Source: Chiloscyllium plagiosum
Lineage: Eukaryota
Direction of reading: 5' to 3'
Length of the DNA stretch: 64,000 bases
Assembly (NCBI RefSeq): GCF_004010195.1
Contig: NC_057753.1
Coordinates: 2,129,243 to 2,193,242, forward strand
How positions within the stretch are numbered: position 1 is the stretch's first letter; each line of letters begins with the position of its first letter. The notes below the pieces were generated by a model, which saw only the letters and a list, made by a program, of their open reading frames with translations, did no database searches and was not told where the DNA came from. Made by a program: the position numbers and the translations under genes. Of this stretch, positions 52,329 to 63,502 are shown piece after piece.

Positions 52329-55300
52329 AAAAATCACACAACACCAGGTTATAGTCCAACAGATTTAATTGGAAGTGCCAGCTTTCGGAGCGCTGCTCCT
52401 TCATTAGGTGTCTGCGGATTACACAATTGCAAAACACAGAATTTATAGCCAAAGTTTACACTGTGGTGTAACTGAAATTATACATTGAAAAATACATTGA
52501 TTATTTGTTAAGTCTCTCATCTGTTAGAATGACCATGATAGTTTCACTTCTTTCCTATGTAAATCTCAAAACTTTTTTTTAAAGTTACAATCTCAGGTTA
52601 ACTGTAACAATTGGTGTCAGTCCAGATAAGATGTTGAAGATGTTAGCCCCCAGTGTTCTGTTGTCTATGCCATAATGTTTAGACTGATTCTAATCTAAAA
52701 ATGAGTTAATAGAGTCTTACATGGATTCATGCACTTTTTGAGAAAAGTACAATGTAACTCTGCAAGTATAAATTCACCACACAAACCAATATGTGTATGT
52801 GAGCATGTGGGTTTATGTGGGTTTGTGTGTGTGTGTGTGTATGTGGTGCAGGGGATTGTAAGCGTCTGTGAGAAAGAGTGTATATGTGTGCGTGAGTGTA
52901 AAGGGGTCTAAGGCTGTGAGAGCGGGCATGTGTGAGTGTGGGAGTGTGTGAGTCTGTAGGAGAATCTGTGTGTGCGTGTGTTCATGTGTCTGTGGTGGGG
53001 GATTGTAAGCGTCTGTGAGAAAGAGTGTATATGTGTGCGTGAGTGTAAAGGGGTCTAAGGCTGTGAGAGCGGGCATGTGTGAGTGTGGGAGGTGTATGTG
53101 TGTGTATGTAGTGTCTGCGTGTGAGCATAGTGCAATGGTGGTCACCTGTAATGTGACATGAACCCAAGGTCCCGGTTGAGACCCTCCCCATAGGTAGCGA
53201 ACTTACTATCGGCCTCTGCTCAGCCACTTTTCCGCCTTGGAGGATGGTCATCCGAAGGTCCGAGGTCGAATGTCCTGGACCGCTGAAGGGTTCTTCAACT
53301 GGGAGGGAACACTGATGTCTGTTGATTGTTGTGTGATGCCCATTCATCCATCGCCACAGCCTCTGCTCGGTTTCCCCAATGTACCATGCCTCAGGGAATC
53401 CTTTCCTGCAGCGTATGAGATAGACAACGTTGGCTGAGTCGCATGAGTACCTGCCACATACATGGTGGAGATGTCCCGATGCGTAATGGTGGTATCCATG
53501 TCCACACTCTGATACGTCTTGCAGGGCCTACCGTGACAGGGTTGCATGGAGTTGTCCTGAGAGCTAGGCAGTTTGCTACAAACAATGATCTGTTTGAGCT
53601 TTGGTGGTTGTTTAAAGGCAAGCAGTGGAGGTGTGGAGAAGGTCTTGGCGAGGTCCTCATCCTCATTAGTAATATGTTACAGGTCACGAAGAACATGTTG
53701 TCATTTTTCAGCTCCTGAGAAGTGTTGGACAACGAAGGGTACCCTGTCAGTTGCAGCACGTGTCTGTTTCCTGAGGAGGTCATTCTGGTTCCTTGCTGTG
53801 GCATGTCAGAACTGGCGGTCGATGAGTTGAGCATCATACCCCGTTCTTATGATGGCATCCCTGAGTATTTCCAGGTGCCCATCACGTTCCTCCTCATCTA
53901 ACAGATCCAGTGTGCATGCAGGGCTTGTCCATAGTGGATGGCTGTTTTAATATGCTATGGGTTGAAGCTGGAGTAGTGTAGCATTGTGAGGTTGTCTGTG
54001 GGTTTGTGGTAGAGTTGGTGCTGAGGTATCCATCCTTGATGGAGCCGCATGTGTCCAAGAATGAGACAGATAGTAGACAGTAATCCATGGTGAGTTTGAT
54101 AGTGGGATGAAACTTGTTGATATCACTGTGTAGTTTTATCAGTGACACCTCGCCATGGGTCCAGAGGAAGAAAATTCATCAATGTACCTGGTGTATAATG
54201 TTAGTGGGAGGTCCTGCGTAGAGAAGAAGTCTTGTTAGAACCTGTGCATGGAGTTGTTGGCATATTGAGGTGCAAATTTGGCCGCCATGGCTGTTCCATG
54301 TGTCTGGATGAAGAATTGGTTGTCAAAGGTGAAGACATTGTGATCGAGGATAAAGTGGATAAGTTGTTGGACAGTGCTCAAAGATTGGCAGTTATTGGTG
54401 TTGAGTACAAAGGCTATTGCCATGATGCCGTCATTGTGGGAGATGCTGGAGATGCTGAAACGTCCATTGTGACGAGGAATGTTCCTGGTTTGATTAGACC
54501 GTGGGTGCTGAGTTTCTGTAAGAAATCCATAGTGTCGGGACAGAAGCTGGGGATCCGCTGTACAATAAGTTTCAAGATGCCTTCAACATAGCCAGAAAGA
54601 TTCTCACACAGGGTCCCATTGCCTGCTACGATGGGACGTTCTGGTGTATTGGCTTTGTGTATCTTTGGAAGGCAGGAGAAGTCGCCCACGTGAGAAGTAC
54701 GTGGGATGAGGGCGTGTAGGGAACACTGGAGGACTGGATCCAAAGTCCTGAGCAATGTGTTTAGTTCAAGGGCGTGTTCTTTGGTCGGATCAGCTGGTCG
54801 TTGCCTGTAGTGTTCCTGGTTGTTCAGTTTTCGGTACACTTCCTTGCAGTTGTCTGTTCTATTCTGAATGACGATGGCTCCTTTATCTGCTGGTTTGATG
54901 ACTATGTTGTGATCGGTTTCGACAGCATGGATGGCGCTGCGTTGTGACTGGGTGATGGTTTGCCCTACCTTGTGGGTATGGCTGTTGAACCTGCCATTTA
55001 TATATTTCCTGACGGTTTGTGCATACATGTCAAGCCCAGGGCAACGGCCCTCCGGTGCGGTCCAAGTTGACTCCTTCTTTGGTCGCTCCTCTACAGATCC
55101 CTGTGATGACTGTTCCGGTTCTTCAGTGGACTTGTTGGGATCACTGCTGGCACCTTGAAAGAATTCCTGGAGTCTCATTCGTCTGATGAACTCCTCCATG
55201 TCTAATGCAAGAAACAAAAGATCCACTTTGGTGGTGGGGCAGAAATTGAGACCCCTGCTCAGGACTTCGATCTCTTCCGGTCAAAGGGTATGGTCTGATT

Positions 55301-56213
55301 AATTGACAAACGACTTCCCCGCAGTGATAATGTTATCCAATGTGGTGCCAGGGTGGGCTTCGCTACTACTGGTGAGAATGCCAAGTTTTTCCATTTTGTT
55401 GTTCTTGGTGTGCATGCACGTGATGTAGTTTTGTTGCCTTGTCTGCTTGGCAATGTCACGTAATTGTACTGCTGTATCCTGAGCGCAGGATGAGAGTGTG
55501 GACTCCATCTGAATTTCAAGGCTGTGGTTCCTGCCATAGAGTTGGTGCATGAGATGATTGAGGAGTTTGCGAGAGGTGCAGTGTCAAAGTTTCTCTACGT
55601 AGTCTGTGTTGTAGGTCGACTTGAGCGGGTTCGTGATCCTTATTCCTTTTGGGATCTTTCCTGCTTGCCTGCATTTCTGTAGAAACTTGATATCTGTGTC
55701 GATATGTGTGATCTTCTTGGAGATCCTCTCCACTTTAAGCCGACAGTTAGTGGTGTTGATGGCAGTCATGATTTGGAGATGCCGGTGGTGGACTGGGGTG
55801 TATAAAGCTAAAAGTCACACAACACCAGGTTATAGTCCAACAGGTTTAATTGGAAACACGAACTTTCGGAGTGCTGCTCCTTCATCAGACGGTTGTGGAG
55901 TACACAATTGTAAGACAGAACTTATAGCAAAATTTTACTGTGTGCTGTCACTGAAATTTTACATTGAAAAATACCTTGACTTGTTTGTTAAGTCTTTCAT
56001 CTGTTCAAATACCGTGATAGTTTCATTTCTTTCAGTTACATCACACTGTAAACTTTTGCTATAAATTCTGTGTCTTACAATTGTGTACTCCACAACTACC
56101 TGATGAAGGAGTGGCGATCCAAAAACTAGTGCTTCCAATTAAACCTGTTAGACTATAACCTGGTGTTGTGTAATTTTAACTTTGTACACCCCAGTCCAAA
56201 ATCAGCATTTCCA
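52329..56213 (-). mobile_element. Near full-length degenerate Penelope-like element (Neptune-type): N-terminal domain, RT, GIY-YIG, pLTRs, inverted upstream pLTR
   Basis: The minus-strand ORF starts at 55769 (MTAINTTNCRLKVERISKKI) and includes DMEEFIRRMRLQEFF, IVIKPADKG, LPKIHK..RPIV, LVTMDV, QTHGTAMAAKFAPQYAN, FHPTIKLT..SFLDT. pLTRs lie at both ends and a 20-bp direct repeat flanks it. Confidence 0.9.
52851..53091. repeat. Two identical 94-bp copies (52851-52944, 52998-53091) in the TG-rich PLE tail
   Basis: ggggattgtaagcgtctgtgagaaagag...gtgtgggag is repeated with period 147. Confidence 0.9.
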
Positions 56214-57808
56214 AATCATGATTTTCTTCAGTTCCTCTATCAGTGTATACTGTGTCCGAGTGTGAGTTTAGCTCAGTTGGCTGAATGCGTTTCACAGTAG
56301 TATGATACCAAATATTCAGTTCAATTTCCATTCCCAGCTTAGATTACTATGAACGATTCTTCTTTTCAACCTCTCCCCTAGCCTAAGGTAATGTGGCCCT
56401 CAGGTTAATTCATCTCTCTTTCTAATGCGAAAACAGCCCTGTGGTCTGGTACGGTTCTGTTGACACAACAACATCCTGTGCATCAGTGTATTATTTGTGC
56501 CATCCTTTTAAAGGTCAGATTGAAATATGTACTTACCCATTCAGCCATATCTTTGTTCCCGATTGCAAATCTCCTGTTTCTGACATGTGTCTTCAACAAT
56601 CTTATTCTCCCTCTTTACTGATCTGTAGAATCTTTTGCAATCTGTAAGTTACTTGAAAATATACCTTTACTCCAATTCCATCAATCCATTTCTCCTACTT
56701 TGCTGATATCTATATTGCTGCCAAAGCTTAGGTCTACTACATTTTTTGGTTAGTTTTTCTTGAAATGGACAGGGACAATTTAGACCAATCGGATAAAATG
56801 GCACATCTTGCTCAGAGGTGGTGTTCGTACACGAGTCACGAGGCAACCTATATAGTTTTGTTGACATATTGGTGATACTCATTGGGACATATGCCCAACT
56901 CCCTCAAGGACTGCTAGAAAGCCTTGCATAGCTGCACTCCAACGCACACTAGGACAGAATTCATGGCATCAAAAGGTGAATGATCTCGGCCTTAACACAG
57001 GAGGCCGTCTTCACAAGGAGAAAGATAAAACAACAGTAGATATTTTTCCAGGTTAGGAACCCGCTCATCCATCTTGGTCATTTCTAATCAGACTCTTGAG
57101 GTCACTTGTCCATCTGTCACAACTCTGGTTGCCTCCCATCAACTCTTCGAAGTTCCAAACAAAGAGTATCAATTCCATCTCTGTCAAGAACAGTCTTGCT
57201 GCATTTGTTCATCCAGGTGCAATCACCCAGCGTGGTCCAAATCTCTGCATGATCCCACTACAGTTGCATAACAAGCGAGTATACTTAAAGGTGTGTGAGT
57301 GAGGGATGAAGGAATCCTATTGAGAACACTTTCGTGGCAGGAGTGAAGAAGGCTACGTTGATATTTTGTTCTTTTATGGATATGCTGTTGACTGTAATGT
57401 ATTGGTGTGTTTGAGTCAGCAAACTTGTGTCAAAACATCTTACGTCCATGTATGCTGTCTATAAATACCGTAACAGAGGAAGTAAAATTGGCAACAAAGA
57501 AGAAATAAAACAAACAGCTCACTTTCTCTTGTTGTTGTCAAATTAGAAGTTTCCAGTGTCAATAAAGATGATCAAATATATTCAAAAGAACAATAGTAAG
57601 CGGTACAAATAAGAAGTAATTCAATCATTGTATTTAAAATGATTAAAGTTGGTGAATGTACAGTCTGCATTCTTGACATTAGATTAGTCTGTCCTTCTCC
57701 ATGTGAATTGTTAAATGATGCAGTGGCAAAGGATTCATAAATTTGAATGCTGAAAAATATTTTAAAACCGTTGTTGTGGTTCTGTTCGCCGAACTGGGAA
57801 TTTCTGGT

Positions 57809-57848
57809 GCAGACGTTTCGTCCCCTGTCTAGGTGATGTCCTCAGTGC
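57809..57848 (-). ncRNA. Minimal hammerhead motif in PLE pLTR (stem II weakened)
   Basis: Reverse complement: gca CTGAGGA catcacctagacaggggac GAAA c GTC tgc. Confidence 0.55.
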
Positions 57849-58752
57849 TTGGGAGCCTCCTATGAAGCGATTCTGTGATGTTTCCTCCGGCATTTATAGT
57901 GGTTTGTCTCTGCCGCTTCCGGTTGTCAGTTTCAGCTGTCCGTTGCAGTGGCCGGTACATTGGGTCCAGGTCGATGTGCTTATTGATTGAATCTGTGGAT
58001 GAGTGCCATAGCTCCAAGAATTCCCTGGCAGTACTCTGTTTGGCTTGTCCTATAATAGTAGTGTTGTCCCAGTCGAACTCATGTTGCTTGTCATCTGCGT
58101 GTGTGGCTACTTAGGATAGCTGGTCGTGTTGTTTTGTGGCGAGTTGGTGTTCATGGATGCGGATTGTTAGCTGTCTTCCTGTTTGTCCTATGTAGTGTTT
58201 TGTGCAGTCCTTGCATGGGAATTTGTACACTACATTGGTTTTGCTCACGCTGTGTATTGGGTCCTTCGTTCTGGTGAGTTGTTGTCTGAGAGTGGCTGTT
58301 GGTTTGTGTGCTGTTATGAGTCCTCGTGGTCGCAGTAGTCTGGCTGTCAGTTCGGAAATTCTCTTGTATGGTAGTGTGGCTAGTCCTTTGGGTTGCGGCA
58401 TGTCTTCGTTCTGTTGTCTTTCCCTTAGGCATCTGTTGATGAAGTTGCGTGGTATCCATTTTTGGTGAATACATTGCATAGGTGTTCTTCTTCCTCTTTT
58501 TTGCAGTTCTGGTGTACTGCAGTGTGTTGACTGGGACAACACTACTATTATAGGACAAGCCAAACAGAGAACAGCCAGGGAATTCTTAGAGGTTTGGCAC
58601 TCATCCACAGAATCAATCAATAAGCACATCGACCTGGACCCAATATACCGATCACTGCAGCGGACAGCTAGAACTGACAACCGGAAGCGGCAGACAAACT
58701 ACTATAAATGCCGGAGGAAAGATCACAGAAGCGTTTCACAGGAGGCTCCCAA

Positions 58753-58792
58753 GCACTGAGGATGCCACCTAGACAGGGGACGAAACGTCTGC
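58753..58792 (+). ncRNA. Minimal hammerhead motif in PLE pLTR
   Basis: gca CTGAGGA tgccacctagacaggggac GAAA c GTC tgc. Confidence 0.6.
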
Positions 58793-59652
58793 AACACAAA
58801 TTCCCAGCTCGGCGAACAGAACCACAACAACGAGCACCCGAGCTACAAATCTTCTCACAAACTTTGAACACCTACGGGCGAGAGACGCTAAGACAAGCCA
58901 GGAAATGGGAATCCTGTGCCAACCGCCTAAGCGCCACATATGAACAACTCCGGTTCCTGCACGAATGCCGAAATAATCGAATCCTTCCACCATGTGTCAG
59001 ATACAGACCACCAGTCAACAACCCACAAGCCAGAGACACAGCCAGACAGAACGGATTCAGGATGATCTAGGTAATGGTTACAGACGCTCACAACAGACTT
59101 CACAAATACAGACAAGAAATTGTGCGCCAAAAATCGTCAATTTGAAAAATCACCAATCAGGAATGGACCCGGACCATAGAACAGGCTGTCACCATAGGAC
59201 AGAACAGGACAACACACCGCAAAAAAAAACGGCGCTAAAAGAAAAAAAATGGCCAAACTAACACACAACAGTGTACAAAATCCCATGCAAGGACTGCACA
59301 AAACACTACATAGGACAAACAGGAAGACAGCTAACGATCCGCATCCATGAACACCAACTAGCCATGAAACGACACGACCAGCTATCCTTAGCAGCCACGC
59401 ACACAGATGACAAGTAACATGAGTTCGACTGGGACAACACTACTATTATAGGACAAGCCAAACAGAGAACAGCCAGGGCATTCTTAGAGGCATGGAACTC
59501 ATCCACAGATTCAATCAATAAGCACATCGACCTGGACCCAATATACCGACCACTGCAACGGACAGCTGGAACTGACAACCGGAAGCGGCAGAGACAAACC
59601 ACTCGAAATGCCGGAGGAAACATCAAAGAAGCGCTTCACAGGAGGCACCCAA

Positions 59653-59692
59653 GCACTGAGGATGTCACCCAGACAGGGGACGAAACGTCTGC
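59653..59692 (+). ncRNA. Minimal hammerhead motif in PLE pLTR
   Basis: gca CTGAGGA t gtc accc agac aggg gac GAAA c GTC tgc has stem I gca/tgc and a GUC cleavage triplet. Confidence 0.68.
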
Positions 59693-60496
59693 AACACAAA
59701 TTCCCAGTTCGGCGAACAGAACCACAACAACGGATTTGAAATATTTTTCAGCATTCAAATTTATGAATCCTTTGCCACTGCATCATTTAACAATTCACGT
59801 GGAGAAATACAGACTAATCTAATGTCAAGAATGCAGACTGTACATTCACCAACTGTAATAATTTTAAATATAATGATTGAATTACTTCTTATTTGTACCG
59901 CTTACTATTGTTCTTTTGAATATATTTGATCATCTTTATTGACACTGGAAACTTCTAATTTGACAACAGCAAGAGAAAGTGAGCTGTTTGTTGTATTTAT
60001 TCCTTGCTGCCAATTTTACTTCCTCTGTTACGGTATTTATAGACAGCATATATAGACGTAAGATGTTTTGCAGTGACCATCTTGGGTGGAAAATACGCTT
60101 TCCCGTTTTACAGCCACAACATCCAAAAATGAGTACAGAACTATTACGGTTCCTTCATTAAACTGAGTCGTAGCCTTGCATTAATGATCAGACCTCGAGC
60201 TTTCAATTAATTCAAAAGAACTAAAATCTGGGGCTAGTTCGTCTTTATCCAGAAGGAGACAGCTCCAGCATGAGGACTAAGAATTACTTGACAGCATTTG
60301 TAATATTTCGATGTGAATAAATTTAAGTTTGCTTTATAAACTATGAAATTTAACAGATTACTAATGATCTCAAAACGAATGATTACAGATTTTTACTTGA
60401 AGGCCATGCGTGACTCCATGGGAAGCCTGAAAAAAAGCAACATGATGTAGAAGTAACATTTTACTTAACGGCACTCATCAACACTGTATTTCACAA

Positions 60497-61277
60497 TCAT
60501 GTTGAGTAGATGCAATATACTCTTAACTCCTCTCTGCACTTACTCAGAGTTCCTGCATAAATAAACGGGTCAATGCATGAACATAAAAATTGAAGTCTCT
60601 ACGCATTTTCTTTCAGAATGAACATCGAGTCACTGAATACGGAACTTGATAAATAAATGATATTTGTAACGTGGAAGTAGACAATGGTTATAAAATATAA
60701 CACATACAATACAACGAAGTTTCTCAAGGTAGCAAAAGTAGAAAACAATGGAAGTGCTCTCTTTCTCCATCTCTGGGTTATTCTTTGCTACAGTAAACTG
60801 GGAATGGCTTGCAAGCTCTATTGGCCACAAGAATGTGTCGAACAGTAAGACTGGTGACTTGTAAAATATTGATTTTATGACGCTGAGCCAGAGAAGATTG
60901 TCAATTATGTAGAAAGGTTCAAACAGAAAATACAAGAAGTTATTCCTTTGATAGCACGGTACATAAAATATCCCTATGATCCACAGAACTATTTTGTCAG
61001 TGCTGTATTTTGTTTTGAGCTTCTGGCAACAAATGGATCAAAGTTGAAAGCGGCAGCTAACAAAGCAAAGCCGTCTATGGATGCACATATAAAGGCAGCA
61101 CAGATACTGCTTTTTGGTACACTGGACAGGAAAATAAATATGAAATAAATCTCAGCAATCCGGTTAAATGTTAAAGCTGTGAGAATGACCAAGAAATCCG
61201 GCACTGCCATGGACACAAGGTAGGCAATGACACATCTGGAGTGACCACATCTTCCTCGAGATCAATTTTAAAGTTTG
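60497..61277 (-). pseudogene. Divergent GPR139-like pseudogene D (exon 2)
   Basis: The acceptor tgttttcacag is followed by (A)NF..RGRCGHSRCVIAYLVSMAVPDFLVILTALTFNRIAEIYF..AFNFDPFVA, YFLFEPFYIIDNLLW, PEMEKE and QFLCSCIDPFIYAGTLSKCREELR. It has stops, frameshifts and deletions. Confidence 0.85.
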
Positions 61278-61346
61278 CTGTGAAAACAAATGGCAGTGAG
61301 AGTAAGGAGGATTAGGTACGTGTACCTTTTTGCTTCCATGCGTGCG

Positions 61347-61413
61347 AGATAGACAGATAGATGGACAGACAGACAGACAGATAGATAAGATAGATCGATA
61401 GATAGATCGATAG
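61347..61413 (+). repeat. (GATA/GACA)n microsatellite
   Basis: Seen directly. Confidence 0.9.
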
Positions 61414-62411
61414 ATTCTGTTCGCCGAGTTGGAAGTTTTTGTTGCAAACGTTTCGTCCCCTGTCAAGGTGACATCCTCAGTGCTTGGGAGCCTCCTGTGA
61501 AGCGCTTCTGTGGTGTTTCCTCCGGCATTTATAGTGGCCTGTCCCTGCCGCTTCCGGTTGTCAGTTTCAGCTGTCCACTGTAGTGGCCGGTATATTGGGT
61601 CCAAGTCTATGTGTTTGTTGATGGAGTTTGTGGATGAGCGCCATGCTTCTAGGAATTCCCTGGCTGTTCTTTGTTTCACTTGCCCTATAATGGTAGTGTT
61701 GTACCAGTCAAATTCATGTTGCTTGTCGTCTACATGTGTGGCTACTAGGGATAGCTGGTCATGTCGTTTCGTGGCTAGTTGGTGTTCATGGATGCGGATC
61801 GTTAGCTGTCTTCCTGTTTGTCCTACATAGTGTTTTGTGCAGTCCTTGCATGGGATTTGGTACACTACATTACTTTTGCTTATGCTGGGTATCGGGTCCT
61901 TCAGCCACACTCAGACAACAACTCATCAGAACGAAGGACCCGATACCCAGCATGAGCAAAACCAATGTAGTGTACAAAATTGGCAGTCATGTCTTCACCC
62001 TCTTCAACTGTGGCGTAATCACTTCATTCAACCTCCTTATCAAAGACTCCTGAGCTAAAGCCTCACTCTTCAATCCACAGGAACTTCCTTGGACCCTCTT
62101 TTTGGGGCAGGTCTGTGGATTTTTAATTTAGGTTAGAGGAGAAGGGAGGAAGGGAGGCCCTACTTTGTAGGACCTGGGGTCGAGAACACACCCACTCAAA
62201 TAACAATCACTCACCTTCTCGACCGGCTTTGCGCTCCGACTTCACTTCCGCCCAGCACCTGCCGTTCTCTGCTGCGAAAAAAAAAGGAGGCTCCCAGGCA
62301 CTGAGGCTGTCACCTTGACAGGGGACGAAACGTTTGCAACAAAAACTTCCAGCTGGGCGAACAGAACCACAGCAACAAGCACCCGAGCTACAAACCTTCT
62401 CACAAACTTTG
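61414..62411. mobile_element. Second Penelope/Poseidon-type PLE hairpin with an enclosed CR1-like 5' fragment (about 61983-62285, minus)
   Basis: The minus strand reads SNVVYQIPCKDCTKHYVGQTGRQL..AREFLEAW. Hammerhead motifs lie at 61444-61483 (-) and 62298-62337 (+). The enclosed piece resembles the CR1 5' UTR at 6665-6890. Confidence 0.8.
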
Positions 62412-62412
62412 A

Positions 62413-62450
62413 AGATAGATAGATAGATAGATTAGATAGATTAGATAGAT

Positions 62451-62493
<43 letters not shown>
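62413..62493 (+). repeat. (GATA)n microsatellite
   Basis: Seen directly. Confidence 0.95.
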
Positions 62494-62494
<1 letters not shown>

Positions 62495-63502
62495 GGGGTG
62501 GAAGGGACAGAGACGAACAGAATGATTGCATAAAATAAACTCATTTGGCTCCCTGAGGAAAAAAAATCAAACCCTTTTACAAGAGCTGAGTAAATTTTAC
62601 AGCCTTGGGCATCATCTGGAGTTGAAAACTTTTGTTTTAGCTCTGGAACTTGCATGCATGTTTTCAAACATCACTGAGGTGAATAAATGAAGGTGGTAAA
62701 TGACTAAGCCAACGATTATGAATGAGGAATCTAACAAGAACATTGAGCATATCCTCCGAGATAAAAAAAGTCACGCCGTAGTCTGATAAATTATTGTGCA
62801 TTTCTTTGTTGGAAAATGGAATCAAAGCATTTTCAATTTGAGAGGAGATGTAACAACTACTTTTTTTTCTCTCATGTTGTAGATACTCTGTCAACACGAA
62901 AACTACCAAAGATCTGACTCAGTAAAAAAAAAAGAGATTCGGATGTCTCAGTCAAAGAAATTAACTTCCCACCACCTGCGATCTAAAACTTCCTCAGCAC
63001 TTTCTGCATTGTCAGCATTAGCAGTGACCATACGCTGAATACTGAAATCATGTGGAATATAGACACTGTATGACTGCACACAGTGTGTTGAAATTAACAA
63101 AGGAAATAAATTGTTATTCAGTAAGACAGTATTGGTGTATTACAGAAAAACGACACATCTTGTCAAAGCATTTTCTATTTCAGTCATGTGGATAGATAAA
63201 TGAAATTAGCAAAAAAAGGGAAAATGTCATTTATATTGGATGAGAAGAGACTGCTGAGTGGTTAGAGATCGACTGTGATTTGAGAGGGGTATACATATTC
63301 TATACATACACATAAAGAAACATATATTAATGCATAAAGCCCTGTACTTTGCTGTAAAAATGAACATGTACACATCACGTGTTTCTGCACAAGTCAGGTG
63401 ACTGCCATTCTCTGATTCATTACTCAGAAATAGCCTTGAGCAAGCAGTCAACAAGCATTGTTGAACATTTAACAATGCTTGGCCGCTATATGTCAGAATT
63501 AC

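Larger units (their letters stand above)
39105..57400 (+). repeat. Segmental duplication unit 3 (contains intact GPCR copy C)
   Basis: It is collinear with units 1 and 2. Confidence 0.85.
57769..59732. mobile_element. Penelope/Poseidon-type PLE: inverted 3' segment plus internally deleted partial tandem
   Basis: The minus strand 57769-58520 carries GIY-YIG NVVYKFPCKDCTKHYIGQTGRQLTIRIHEH. The plus strand 58524-59732 carries a pLTR, the N-terminus YGRETLRQARKWE..LRFLHECR, a jump to GIY-YIG and a second pLTR. Confidence 0.9.
57431..60070. repeat. Large inverted repeat: arms 57431-58231 and 59270-60070
   Basis: caaaacatcttacgtc... at the left is the reverse complement of ...gacgtaagatgttttg at the right. 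The arms are about 801 bp each with scattered mismatches. Confidence 0.92.

Noticed and set aside
52813..53145. His/Thr-rich repetitive ORF
   Set aside because: It is a translation of (CA)n-rich PLE tail repeats.
54414..55226. 270-aa RT ORF as an active or domesticated gene
   Set aside because: It is one fragment of a PLE ORF broken by several frameshifts and stops, including around the catalytic region.
61164..61910. 248-aa ORF appearing to fuse GIY-YIG to the GPCR relic
   Set aside because: It is chance read-through from the PLE across a microsatellite into the pseudogene in the wrong frame.
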